From: Thermoplasmatota archaeon
Lineage (GTDB): Archaea > Thermoplasmatota > Thermoplasmata > UBA10834
Length of the DNA stretch: 64,000 nucleotides
NCBI GenBank assembly: GCA_040751795.1
Contig: JBFMHR010000005.1
Coordinates: forward strand, 1 to 64,000
Direction of reading: 5' to 3'
Shown: positions 19,366-28,702 of the stretch, in pieces
Layout: every line of letters begins with the position of its first letter
How positions within the stretch are numbered: position 1 is the first letter of the stretch
Made by a program: the position numbers and the translations under genes
Notes under the pieces: model-generated
The model's database searches: none
Told to the model about the DNA's origin: nothing
The model's input: only the letters and a program-made list of their open reading frames with translations

Positions 19366-20208
19366 CTATCCCCCGCTCCCCTCGACGGCCTTCATGATCT
19401 TCGACGTGATCTCGTCGAACGCGCGTGCGTCGTCGTCGGAGCCGGCCGCGAACGGCTTCCCGTCGTCGCCGCTCCTGGCTATCTCCGGGCTCAGGGGCAG
19501 CTTGCCCAGCAGCGGGATGGAGAGGTCCTTGGTGGCCTTGGCCACGCCCCCGTCCTCGAAGAGCGGGATGTCCTTCCCGCAGTGCGGGCACTTCAGCCCG
19601 TACATGTTCTCGACGAGGCCGATGGGCCGCAGCCCGACGGCCTTGGCGAAGTTGATAGACTTCCTGACGCTCAGGAGGGCCACGTCCTGCGGAGTCGTGA
19701 CTATGACCGCGCCGTCGGGCGACGGCACCAGCTGGGCCGTGCTCAGGGGCTCGTCCCCCGTCCCGGGCGGCAGGTCGACCAGGAGGTAGTCCAGCTCCCC
19801 CCACTCGACCTCCTCCAGGAACTGCTTGATCGCTCCCATCTTGACGGGCCCCCTCCATATCACGGGGGAGTCCCTGTCGCTGAGCAGGAACGCAATCGAG
19901 ACGACCTTGATGGACGGCGGCACGTGGTAGGGGACAATCTTGCCCTTCGCGTCGACGCTCAGGGGCAGGTTCGGCAGCCCCAGAAGCTTCGGGACGCTGG
20001 GGCCGTGCATGTCCGCGTCCAGGAGCCCCACCCTCTTCCCCCTCTTCGCGAGGGCGGCCGCGAGGTTCACGGCGACCGTGGACTTGCCGACGCCGCCCTT
20101 GCCGCTCATCACGATGATCTTGTGCTTGACGCCCTTGAGGTTCTCCGCCGCTGACGACTTGGGCGGCGCCTGGGAGGGCGCGGCCTGCTTGCCTGTGAAG
20201 GCGCTCAT
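19366..20208 (-). CDS. mrp: Mrp/ApbC/NBP35 Fe-S cluster carrier ATPase
   Basis: SGKGGVGKST, DADMHGPS, WRGP, DLPPGTGD, TTPQ, ENM and CPHC. Confidence 0.93.
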   Translation of the reverse strand: MSAFTGKQAAPSQAPPKSSAAENLKGVKHKIIVMSGKGGVGKSTVAVNLAAALAKRGKRVGLLDADMHGPSVPKLLGLPNLPLSVDAKGKIVPYHVPPSIKVVSIAFLLSDRDSPVIWRGPVKMGAIKQFLEEVEWGELDYLLVDLPPGTGDEPLSTAQLVPSPDGAVIVTTPQDVALLSVRKSINFAKAVGLRPIGLVENMYGLKCPHCGKDIPLFEDGGVAKATKDLSIPLLGKLPLSPEIARSGDDGKPFAAGSDDDARAFDEITSKIMKAVEGSGG

Positions 20209-20228
20209 GGTCGGTCACCGCCCCCCTT

Positions 20229-20615
20229 TCAGCAGGTGAATACCCTGTCGGCGTCCACGGCCTCGGCGGCGAAGTCCATGAGGTTCACGAACTCGACGCC
20301 CTCGATGAACTGGTCCTTCCTTATCCCGCGCGCCTCCATGCAGGGTATGCAGACCTGGATCCTCCCGCCTCCCTGGGCGAAGGCGTCCATCATCTGCTTC
20401 ACGGGGGCCATGCCCTCGACCGGCCTGAGCTTCTCGGCGTACCCCTTCTGGGCGAGCTTGACGCCGTTCATGGTCAGGAACACCTTGGTCCTGATCCCGA
20501 GCGCCGCCGAGGCGCCCGCGCATGCGAACACCATGGTCGCCTTCTCAAGGTCCTCGTCCCCGTGCGTGCCCACCACGAGGAACGCCTTCTTCGAGTAGTC
20601 CGTCTTCTTGGCCAT
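20229..20615 (-). CDS. DsrE/DsrF-like sulfur-relay family protein
   Basis: VFLTMNGV, CIPCMEARG; size typical of the family. Confidence 0.8.
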   Translation of the reverse strand: MAKKTDYSKKAFLVVGTHGDEDLEKATMVFACAGASAALGIRTKVFLTMNGVKLAQKGYAEKLRPVEGMAPVKQMMDAFAQGGGRIQVCIPCMEARGIRKDQFIEGVEFVNLMDFAAEAVDADRVFTC

Positions 20616-20697
20616 CCTTATGCCTCGGACGTCCCTTGGCGTCCGTGGTTGAAGCCCTGTGCGGCGAACAGGTTAGCCGTGCGGGGGGCGGGCGGGC

Positions 20698-21333
20698 TCA
20701 GCACAGCTCGCCGATGTGGCTGGCAACGAGCTTCCTCTGCGCCCTCCTCAGCATGACGTCGAGGGTGGCCTTCGATATCTCCAGCCTCTTGGCGAGCTTG
20801 TCCAGGGTGATCTTCTTCGGGATCTCGAAGTACCCGAGCTCGAAGGCCATCTGGAGGACCCTCTCCTGGGCCACGGTGAGCTCGGACGCGGTCCTGAGGA
20901 CCGATATCTTCTCCACCTCGATCTGGCAGCCCAGGTCCCTGACCTTCGAGACCAGGTCCCTGAGGGCGGCGGCGTTCGGGGCGATGACGTTCCACTGCAT
21001 CATCCCCCCCTCCCTGTTGGACGCGGAGTCCATGAAGCAGCCGGAGTCGGCCATTAGCCTGCACGCGGCGCACCGCTCGAGCTCGACCGTGCCTATGTGC
21101 CTCCCCGGGCCCGCGGCGGTGAGCTGGACGTTGCAGTTGGGCTCGATGCCGCGTATCCTCTCGACCAGCTCCTCCTGGGAGACCCCGGGGTCGGTGTCGA
21201 TCTGGAGGAGGCTCTGCCCCCCGGTGCCGTTCTTGGGCACGCACTTGAGGATCCTGACCGAGAGGTCGCAGCTGCTGGTCAGGCAGCCGATCCAGTTGCC
21301 GGGTATCTTCACCAGGAGCGATGCGAACCTCAT
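20698..21333 (-). CDS. Bat-like (HTH_10) transcriptional regulator
   Basis: C-terminal LTVAQERVLQMAFELGYFEIPKKITLDKLAKRLEISKATLDVMLRRAQRKL. Confidence 0.88.
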   Translation of the reverse strand: MRFASLLVKIPGNWIGCLTSSCDLSVRILKCVPKNGTGGQSLLQIDTDPGVSQEELVERIRGIEPNCNVQLTAAGPGRHIGTVELERCAACRLMADSGCFMDSASNREGGMMQWNVIAPNAAALRDLVSKVRDLGCQIEVEKISVLRTASELTVAQERVLQMAFELGYFEIPKKITLDKLAKRLEISKATLDVMLRRAQRKLVASHIGELC

Positions 21334-21668
21334 CGCGTCCTCCCCTTCCTGCGCGCCCGTCCGTGCGGGCCGCCCCCGTCCTTGTGGGGCTGGTCCCTAG
21401 CGATCCTGAGCGCCACCCCCTCCGTGAGGGCCCTGGCCGTCTTGTACCTAGCGCCTGACAGGATGCGGTTGAAGGTGGGCTGCGAGACGTCCATCCTCTT
21501 GGCCGCCTCGGCCTGCGAGAGCATCTCCACGTCCGAGAGCCTCAGCGCCTCGAACTCGTCCAGGCCCATCTCGATGCTGGTGAGGCGGTCCATGGGCACG
21601 CCCTGGGGCTTGAACACGTTGAAGTCGGGGTCGCAGCAGACCCTCCGGCACCTCTTCGGCCTGGGCAT
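21330..21668 (-). CDS. DUF134-family DNA-binding protein (first gene of the operon)
   Basis: MPRPKRCRRV, FKPQGVP, DEFEALRL.D, SQAEAAKRM.VSQPTF. Confidence 0.9.
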   Translation of the reverse strand: MPRPKRCRRVCCDPDFNVFKPQGVPMDRLTSIEMGLDEFEALRLSDVEMLSQAEAAKRMDVSQPTFNRILSGARYKTARALTEGVALRIARDQPHKDGGGPHGRARRKGRTR

Positions 21669-21672
21669 CGAA

Positions 21673-21688
21673 ATGGATTATAATTCAT
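21673..21688. promoter_or_regulatory. Palindromic operator candidate just upstream of the DUF134 gene
   Basis: ATGGATTATAATTCAT, with 7 of 8 pairs complementary. Confidence 0.55.
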
Positions 21689-21771
21689 AACCTACTTGAA
21701 GGTTGCGCATGCGCCAGGCGGTGGATCGGCGAAAGACCGGGGTAAGTGGTTTGAGCGCGAGGGCGGGCCCG

Positions 21772-21975
21772 CTAGACGCCCGTCCTGTTCTGCGCGGGGT
21801 CTCCAGGGAAATCGTCGTCATCGAACGGGTTGTTGTTGTGCTCGTCATAGTACCCGGGGTCCTCCCCGTGGGTGTTCTGGTTCTGGTCCCCTCCCGCGGA
21901 GACGCTGTCTGTCGCGGACAGCGCCATTGCCGCGACGAGGCACGCCATGCCTATCGCCACAACCTTGGATATCAT
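21772..21975 (-). CDS. Small secreted acidic peptide (67 aa)
   Basis: Signal-peptide-like N-terminus (MISKVVAIGMACLVAAMALSA) followed by a D/N/Q-rich tail; GAGGGGT upstream. Confidence 0.5.
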   Translation of the reverse strand: MISKVVAIGMACLVAAMALSATDSVSAGGDQNQNTHGEDPGYYDEHNNNPFDDDDFPGDPAQNRTGV

Positions 21976-22288
21976 GACCCCTCGGATTCCATGCAGGGTA
22001 CTAGAGCGCGGCGAGCCGGTTCGCACGCGCTGTCTCTCAGGGGTGATTCTCGCGCGGCGCAAGAGATGCGGGATCCGCAGGCACTGGCAGGCCCGGGCGG
22101 ACCGATGGCTTAATGTATCCCGTCCCCGATAGGCCGGACGGTCGTGTAGACCAGGAGGTCCCCGGTTGTGATGTCCGAGAGAGTTCTACCAGCCGTGCCG
22201 GGGACCCTATAGAGCCGCATCGGGTTCCCGGGCTGTCGTGAGCCTGTTCTGAGAACGCCCAGCATATCCATAGAAACGGAATCCGAAG

Positions 22289-23029
22289 ATGCCAAACAAT
22301 CCATATCTGGACGCCAGCGTGCACTGGCGCATAAGGTCCGGTGCGCTCGACCTCCACGAGGCGGGCTACCGGTCGACGGCCGACGCCATACTCGAGTCGG
22401 GCCTGGCCACCGAGGTGGTCGGCCTGATCAGCGCGGGCAAGGAGGCGGACGTCTACCTCGCGGGCTACAGGGGCTCCCCGATAGCGGTCAAGTCCTACCG
22501 GCTCTACAGGACCTCCCACAGGGGAGGGGGGCCGATAAAGCAGGACTCGATGGGCTGGAAGGCAGCGAAGGAGTACGAGATGACCGCCCAGGCGTGGAGA
22601 GGAGGGGCCAGGGTGCCCGCCCCCGCCCGCAGGGTGGAGAACATGTTCAGCATGCGCTACCTCGGGGACGAGGAGCGCCCCGCCCCCAGGCTGAGCGACG
22701 TGCGGCTCGAGGACCCCGAGGGGTTCCTCGGTGCGGTCATGTCGGGCGTGGAGGCCCTGGCGAAGGCGGGGGTCGTCCACACGGACCTCAGTCCGTACAA
22801 CATCCTGGTCCACTCCGGCGACCCATGGTTCATCGACCTGTCCGAGGCCCTGCGCGTGGACCGCAGCGACGGCTCCCCGTGGGCGATGCTGACACGCGCG
22901 ACCGAGGCCCTGGGCGGCGGCATGTCCGCGCTCGGGAAGTACTTCGGCAGGTACGGCGTCGAGGTGGAGTCAGACGAGTTCGTCCGCAGGCTGGTGGACT
23001 CGCTCGACAGGTTCGGCGTCATGAGGTGA
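22289..23029 (+). CDS. RIO-family atypical Ser/Thr kinase
   Basis: ISAGKEADVY, AVKSYR, HTDLSPYNIL and IDLSEA. Confidence 0.88.
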   Translation: MPNNPYLDASVHWRIRSGALDLHEAGYRSTADAILESGLATEVVGLISAGKEADVYLAGYRGSPIAVKSYRLYRTSHRGGGPIKQDSMGWKAAKEYEMTAQAWRGGARVPAPARRVENMFSMRYLGDEERPAPRLSDVRLEDPEGFLGAVMSGVEALAKAGVVHTDLSPYNILVHSGDPWFIDLSEALRVDRSDGSPWAMLTRATEALGGGMSALGKYFGRYGVEVESDEFVRRLVDSLDRFGVMR

Positions 23030-23137
23030 CGGCCGGACCCCGTGCCCGCATCGCGCAGTCAGCGGACGCGCCCGAGGCGGCGCATCCCGATTGTTTATGA
23101 ACCCTCTCAGCGATTCCCTCACAAGGGGAGGCCGGCA

Positions 23138-23689
23138 GTGGTCGAGAACATCTTCGAGTCCAAGTGGTTCGTGGGCCAGGTCGAGAAGGAGGCAGACAGG
23201 GAGTACCTCTCGAACGGGGAGAGGATCGGCGAGGCGGTGGCCATCGCCGCATCGTTGCTGATGGTCGCCTTCTTCGCCATCCACCAGACCCGGCCGACGG
23301 GCTTCTTTACCAACGACTCGGCGGCACCGCTGGCCTACCTGGTCATCGTCTACGGCATGGTCCCGTCCGCGGTGAGGATGCTCCTCGGCAGGAGGAACAT
23401 CGCGAGGCCTCTGGAGGCCATCGGGATGCTCATATTCCTCGTCGTCTCGGTCTACCTGCTCGTCGAGTTCCCGTTCGACATGTCGAGGTTCGCCCAGCCC
23501 CTCCCGCACAGCATGGAGTTCCTCCTGGACTGGATCCCCGCGTCGCTCGTCAAGTGGGTTCTGGGCATCGGCGCCGCCGCCTGCGCCTTCTTCGGGCCCT
23601 ACACCCTCATGCTGTACCCGGCGGTGAAGAAGGTAGTGCCGACGGCCGAGGAGGTCAAGGGGCCGCCCAAGGACGCCCCGTCGGCGTGA
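23138..23689 (+). CDS. Hypothetical membrane protein (about 4 TM)
   Basis: Hydrophobic helices; GTG start after GGGGAGG. Confidence 0.65.
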   Translation: MVENIFESKWFVGQVEKEADREYLSNGERIGEAVAIAASLLMVAFFAIHQTRPTGFFTNDSAAPLAYLVIVYGMVPSAVRMLLGRRNIARPLEAIGMLIFLVVSVYLLVEFPFDMSRFAQPLPHSMEFLLDWIPASLVKWVLGIGAAACAFFGPYTLMLYPAVKKVVPTAEEVKGPPKDAPSA

Positions 23690-23723
23690 CGTCGGTCAGG
23701 GCCGTCCCTCGGGGGAACCGGAG

Positions 23724-23796
23724 TGGGCCCAACCGGATTCGAACCGGTGATCTACTCCGTGTAAGGGAGTTGTCATAGCCACTAGACCATGGGCCC
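23724..23796 (-). tRNA. tRNA-Val(UAC)
   Basis: GGGCCCA acceptor stem, anticodon arm ACTCC-CTTACAC-GGAGT, T-loop GGTTCGAATCC; BRE/TATA-like GAAACGTTTAAT upstream. Confidence 0.95.
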
Positions 23797-23929
23797 AGCC
23801 CGTCTATGCCATGTCCGCCATTAAACGTTTCCGATGGCCTCTGAGACATCCCCCCGTCCGATTCCGGCGGTGCCATGTTTTTTCTATCGATACCGCCATT
23901 CCAGGCCGTAGCCGAGGGGGGATAACACA

Positions 23930-26065
23930 CTGATCATTAACGCAGTTGGTGAGAGGGGAGTCTGCAAGCTGGCCGCGGTGTTTGCGGTCCTGCTGATGGT
24001 GACCTCCGCGGTCGCGCTAGGAGCCTCCGGCAAAGGCAAGCCGGCGAGGTTCACGGCGGAGGAGACCGCGTTCATGGATAGCCTGGACAACGAGTACGCG
24101 ATGGCCGTGACCGAGTATCTGGTCGGGGGCGGGCGCGTGGTCGCCGGCACCGAGAAGGCGCTGCGGACCGCCGAATGGATAAAGGGCCAGATGGTGACGG
24201 AGTGCGGCCTCGACCCGGCCATGGTCTACCTGGAGAGCTTCCCGCTGGTGGGCTGGGACATTGACGAGCTCACGGCCGGGTACAGCGTCGGCAGGACGCT
24301 GCTCGAAATCGACATTGGTGGCGTGTGGGTCGAGATTCCCGCCGCGCAATGCTCGAAGGGGGACGGCACCGGCCCCGACGGGGTGACGACCGCGGTGGTC
24401 GACGTCGGCGATGGCAAGCTGAACGACTTCGAAAAGCTCGCGCCGGGAGAGCTGGAGGGCAAGGTCGTACTGTTCACTAGGACCGACCTGATGTTCTACT
24501 GCACGCCCGTCCTCTTCATGGCCGCCGAGAGGGGCGCGGTCGGGGCGATATGCCACTTCCCGAAGACCCCGGACTCGGAACTCAAGATCGACATAAGCGA
24601 CGAGGCTCTGCCGCTGGTGTACATCACGGACGACGACGCGGCGGCGATCCGCGGCATGCTGGAGGTCGGCCCGGTGACGTGCCACTACGTCGTGGACAAC
24701 CAGTACCAGGAGCTGCCTCTCTCCACAGGCCACAACGTGATCGGGATGATCAGGGGGTCGGAGCTCCCAGAGGAGTACGTCTACGTGGGGGCCCACTTCG
24801 ACCACTGGTTCACGAGCGCCGCCGACGACAACGCCGGGATCGGCTCGATGCTCTCGATGATCAAGGCTTTCAAGGACTCGGGGCTGCAGCCGAGGCGGAC
24901 GATGGTGTTCGCGGCCTTCGACTCCGAGGAGCTCGGCGGATGGCAGGACACCTGGTACGACTGGTGCATGGGCTCCTACTCCCACATCGTGGAGACCCTC
25001 GACGGGCAGGTGCTGAACGGGGACCGGCCCGGCAAGATCGTCGCGATGTTCAACATGGACGTCATCGGGACCGAGGGCGCCATAGTCTACGTCGAATCGA
25101 CCCCCGACCTGACCAAGTTCGTGAAGAAGGCCGCCTTCGACTCCGGGCTCATAGCCACCGCCCCGATGACCTACGTGTACTGGCCGCCGTCGTCCTATGA
25201 CGACTGGCCCTTCTATATGGCGGGCGTGCCCTGCACCGAGACTGCCTGGTGGGGGGAGGAGTACGACAAACTCTACCACACCACCGGGGACACGATGGTG
25301 AGCCTGAACGAGGCCTATGTGAGGGTGAACACGGTCTTCAACGGGCTGATGGCCATGAGGATGGCACAGGCGTCCGTCCTCCCCTACGACCTCCCGGAGA
25401 ACGCGGAGGTCGTCCAGACGGGGTTGGAGTCGCTCTTTGCAGTCGACCCGGAGGCGAGGACGATGTCCGACCTGTCCCTGTTACAAGGCGGCTTGGACGC
25501 GTACGTATCTGAGATCGACAGGCTCAGCCGCCTGGCGGACAGAGGGACTGTGGACCCCGACCTGCTCAACAGGAAGATGATGGAGTCGGCCCTGGAGCTG
25601 AACGCGGCCATGTTCGACTGGGACCTGACCGCCTGGATACCTGGGTGGACCGGGATATTCGTGCTCAACAACCCGGCGACGGACCTGTACAACATGAAGG
25701 GTGCGATATCCGCGCTCCGCGCGAGCGACGGCGAGACGGCCCTGGACCTGCTTACGGACGTGACCACGATGAAGTGGGGCAGGTTCGTCGACTACGAGGC
25801 GTACCTCGGCGTCATGGACTACATCTACTACGTCCCCGAGGACCACCTGCTCTGGGGCGGCGGGTTCCTCCCGCCCCACTCCGACGTGCACCAGGAGTAC
25901 TTCTCCATAGCCGACAAGGTGGGGTCGGGGTCCATGGACTTCTCCGCGGAGATCACCTCGCTGGAGCAGCTCGTGGCGGAGCTCTACGGCGCCATCGACG
26001 TCATCGCGGACGAGCTCGGCCTCGCCCTCTACGCGGCAGCGGGAGTCCTGTCGGAAGCCAGGTGA
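23930..26065 (+). CDS. Secreted M28 metallopeptidase with PA domain
   Basis: GAHFDHW, AADDNAG, DSEELG, NMDVIG and YHTTGD; signal peptide; start either CTG 23930 (after GAGGGGG) or GTG 23978. Confidence 0.87.
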   Translation: MIINAVGERGVCKLAAVFAVLLMVTSAVALGASGKGKPARFTAEETAFMDSLDNEYAMAVTEYLVGGGRVVAGTEKALRTAEWIKGQMVTECGLDPAMVYLESFPLVGWDIDELTAGYSVGRTLLEIDIGGVWVEIPAAQCSKGDGTGPDGVTTAVVDVGDGKLNDFEKLAPGELEGKVVLFTRTDLMFYCTPVLFMAAERGAVGAICHFPKTPDSELKIDISDEALPLVYITDDDAAAIRGMLEVGPVTCHYVVDNQYQELPLSTGHNVIGMIRGSELPEEYVYVGAHFDHWFTSAADDNAGIGSMLSMIKAFKDSGLQPRRTMVFAAFDSEELGGWQDTWYDWCMGSYSHIVETLDGQVLNGDRPGKIVAMFNMDVIGTEGAIVYVESTPDLTKFVKKAAFDSGLIATAPMTYVYWPPSSYDDWPFYMAGVPCTETAWWGEEYDKLYHTTGDTMVSLNEAYVRVNTVFNGLMAMRMAQASVLPYDLPENAEVVQTGLESLFAVDPEARTMSDLSLLQGGLDAYVSEIDRLSRLADRGTVDPDLLNRKMMESALELNAAMFDWDLTAWIPGWTGIFVLNNPATDLYNMKGAISALRASDGETALDLLTDVTTMKWGRFVDYEAYLGVMDYIYYVPEDHLLWGGGFLPPHSDVHQEYFSIADKVGSGSMDFSAEITSLEQLVAELYGAIDVIADELGLALYAAAGVLSEAR

Positions 26066-26128
26066 GCGCCCGCGGGTCCGGTGAAACCACTTCCATTCTC
26101 CCTTTCTACGCTCTGAGAGGAAGCGGCC

Positions 26129-26722
26129 TTACAATGCTCGCTCGCCGGCGAGCCTGTACCCTTCGGAGAAGGCCCTCATGTTCTCGGCCAGGTTCCTCTG
26201 GATGTTCTGTCCGATCGCGGCCTCGAAGTGCGTCCGCCCCAGCCCGGTGAGCCCGGTCCCGGCGAGGGCGCCGACCATGACGATGTTGGACGACATCGGG
26301 ACCCCGGAGCCCGCGGCCGTCCCGGCCGCGTCGACCAGCAGGAGGGACTTTGCCTCCCGGAGGACCCGCTCGGCGACCTCTTGCTCGGTGGGGTACCTGG
26401 ACTTCTGCGATGAGACGCTCAGCGGGACTATCCTCTCCTTCGAGCTGACGACCGCGGTGGCCTTCGACGCCTTGCACAGCGCCCTGAGGGTCTCGAGCAG
26501 CTCTAGGGAGAGTATCACGTCCGCGCGGCGGTCGTCGATCAGGGCGCCCGCGCGCCTGCCTATCCTCGCCGTGCAGACGACGGACCCGCCCCTCTGGGCC
26601 ATCCCGTGCGTCTCGCTCAGGACGACCTCCTCCCCGGCGAGGAGCGCGGCGTCGCCTATGATCTTCGATGCGGTGATGATGCCCTGGCCCCCGACGCCGA
26701 CGATGTAGACGTCCGTCATCAC
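26129..26722 (-). CDS. iorB: Indolepyruvate:ferredoxin oxidoreductase beta subunit
   Basis: GVGGQG and SETHGMAQRGGSV; coupled to iorA. Confidence 0.93.
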   Translation of the reverse strand: MMTDVYIVGVGGQGIITASKIIGDAALLAGEEVVLSETHGMAQRGGSVVCTARIGRRAGALIDDRRADVILSLELLETLRALCKASKATAVVSSKERIVPLSVSSQKSRYPTEQEVAERVLREAKSLLLVDAAGTAAGSGVPMSSNIVMVGALAGTGLTGLGRTHFEAAIGQNIQRNLAENMRAFSEGYRLAGERAL

Positions 26723-28563
26723 GGAACCTCCTTGATCGCCTTGTACGGGCACACCTGGGCGCAGACCCCGCAGCCGGCGCAGAGCGCGTCATCTATAGTC
26801 TGTACCTTGTCGATGCTCGATATGGCGGGGCACTGGAACTTGGTGACGCAGGTCCTGCACTTCTTGCAGGCCTCCTGGTCGATGAAGTGCTTCCTCAGTA
26901 TGGCGCCGCCCTCGTCCCTCTCGGCGATGAGGGCGCACTCCCTGCGGGCGACGATCACGCTCACGCCAGGCTGGGCGAGGGCCTCCTTGACCGCCTCGAC
27001 CATGGCGGCGGTGTCGTAGGGGTCGACGGCCTTCAGCCACTTGACGCCGCACCCCCTGACCAGGTCCTCGATGGACAGCATCACCGCGGACGGGTTGCAC
27101 GGGTCCCTCGCAGTGCCCGGGTGGGGCTGGTGCCCCGTCATGGCGGTGGTGCGGTTGTCGAGTATCATCAGCAGGAACCTGTGGCCCTGGTGGACCGCGT
27201 TGACGAGCCCGGGTATCCCGGCGTGGAAGAAGGTCGAGTCGCCTATGAACGCTATGACGGGGAGGTCGTTGACCTTCGCCAGGCCGCCGGCCGTCCCGAC
27301 GCTCGAGCCCATGCAGACCAGCAGGTCCGCCGCGCTGTAGGGCGGCGCTACTCCGAGGGTGTAGCACCCGATGTCGGTGGCGAACAGCGCCTTCCTGTTC
27401 GTGGCCTTGTTGACCGCGTAGTATGTCGCGCTGTGGGGGCAGCCCGCGCAGAGGACCGGCGGGCGCGTGGGCAGGTCCTGAGGCAGCTCGCACTCCGGTG
27501 GCTCGTCTGCCCGGGCCGAGAAGGCGGCCGAGAGCGCCTTGGAGACGATCGCCTGGTCGAACTCGTACGCCCTCGGGAGGAGGCCGTCCATCTTGCCCAG
27601 CAGCTTCGTCCCCAGCCCCGCGTGCTGGGCCAGGCTCCTGACCTGGACCTCAAGGAAGGGCTCGAGCTCCTCCACGACGACGACCCTGTCGTGCTTGCCC
27701 AGGAAGTCGAGGACGAGCTTGGACGGCAATGGGTTGGTGAAGCCCAGCTTGAGCACGTCGACGTCCAACGCCATGTCCTTCGCTGCATCGAGAGAGTAGT
27801 TGGCGGCTGCGGAGGACGTGATGATCCCGAGCCTCCCGCCCCTGCCGACCGCGACGACCCTGTTGAACTCTGACCCCGCGGCCATCGCCTCGGCCTTCGA
27901 GAGGTTCTCCAGGAGCACGAGGTGCCTCGCCCTTGCGACGGCCGGGACGGTGACGAACCTGGTCGGCTCCTTGACGAACTCCTTCTTCCTCGGGCCGACG
28001 GAGATGGTCCCGACCTTCACCGGGCCCCGCACGTGGGAGACCCTGGTCGTCGTGCGCAGGATTACCGGCTGGCCCAGCTCCTCCGAGACCTCGAAGGCCT
28101 TCTTGACCATGTCATAGCACTCCTGGGGCGACGACGGTTCGAAGAGCGGGAAGCCGCCGAAGAGCGCATAGTATCTGTTGTCCTGCTCGTTCTGGCTCGA
28201 GTGGCACGACGGGTCGTCCGCGGTGACGAGGACGAACCCGCCCCTGGTGCCCGTGTACGCGAAGGTCATGATGGCGTCGGAGGCCACGTTCACGCCCACG
28301 TGCTTCATGCTGACCATGGCGCGCAGGCCGGACGCCGCTGCGCCGATGGCGACCTCCGCGGCGACCTTCTCGTTCGTGGAGTATTCGAAGTAGATGCCGG
28401 CCTTCCCGGCGGCCCTGGCCAGGGTGTCCCCGATCTCCGAGGCCGGGGTGCCCGGGTAGGTGGTGGCGACGGACAGGCGCGCCTCGAGGGCGCCCCTCGC
28501 GATCGCCTCGTTGCCCATGAGGAGCACGGTGCTCCCGGGTGCCGCCTCCAGTATCCTGCTCAT
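26719..28563 (-). CDS. iorA: Indolepyruvate:ferredoxin oxidoreductase alpha subunit
   Basis: LMGNEAIARG, YPGTP, NEKVA, MKHVG, HSSQNEQD, LCAGCPH, GDSTFFH and C-terminal 2x[4Fe-4S]; start at MSRILE. Confidence 0.95.
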   Translation of the reverse strand: MSRILEAAPGSTVLLMGNEAIARGALEARLSVATTYPGTPASEIGDTLARAAGKAGIYFEYSTNEKVAAEVAIGAAASGLRAMVSMKHVGVNVASDAIMTFAYTGTRGGFVLVTADDPSCHSSQNEQDNRYYALFGGFPLFEPSSPQECYDMVKKAFEVSEELGQPVILRTTTRVSHVRGPVKVGTISVGPRKKEFVKEPTRFVTVPAVARARHLVLLENLSKAEAMAAGSEFNRVVAVGRGGRLGIITSSAAANYSLDAAKDMALDVDVLKLGFTNPLPSKLVLDFLGKHDRVVVVEELEPFLEVQVRSLAQHAGLGTKLLGKMDGLLPRAYEFDQAIVSKALSAAFSARADEPPECELPQDLPTRPPVLCAGCPHSATYYAVNKATNRKALFATDIGCYTLGVAPPYSAADLLVCMGSSVGTAGGLAKVNDLPVIAFIGDSTFFHAGIPGLVNAVHQGHRFLLMILDNRTTAMTGHQPHPGTARDPCNPSAVMLSIEDLVRGCGVKWLKAVDPYDTAAMVEAVKEALAQPGVSVIVARRECALIAERDEGGAILRKHFIDQEACKKCRTCVTKFQCPAISSIDKVQTIDDALCAGCGVCAQVCPYKAIKEVP

Positions 28564-28702
28564 CCGGACATGGAACCGGTCCGCACGGCAAATACCTTTC
28601 CGAGCTAGAGGGAAATGACCTGAGGGGTCGGGACCTACCAACGGCCCCGTCGCACGCGCATGAGAAATCACCGTTAAATATCCCGGCGCTGTTCGCGTAC
28701 CG

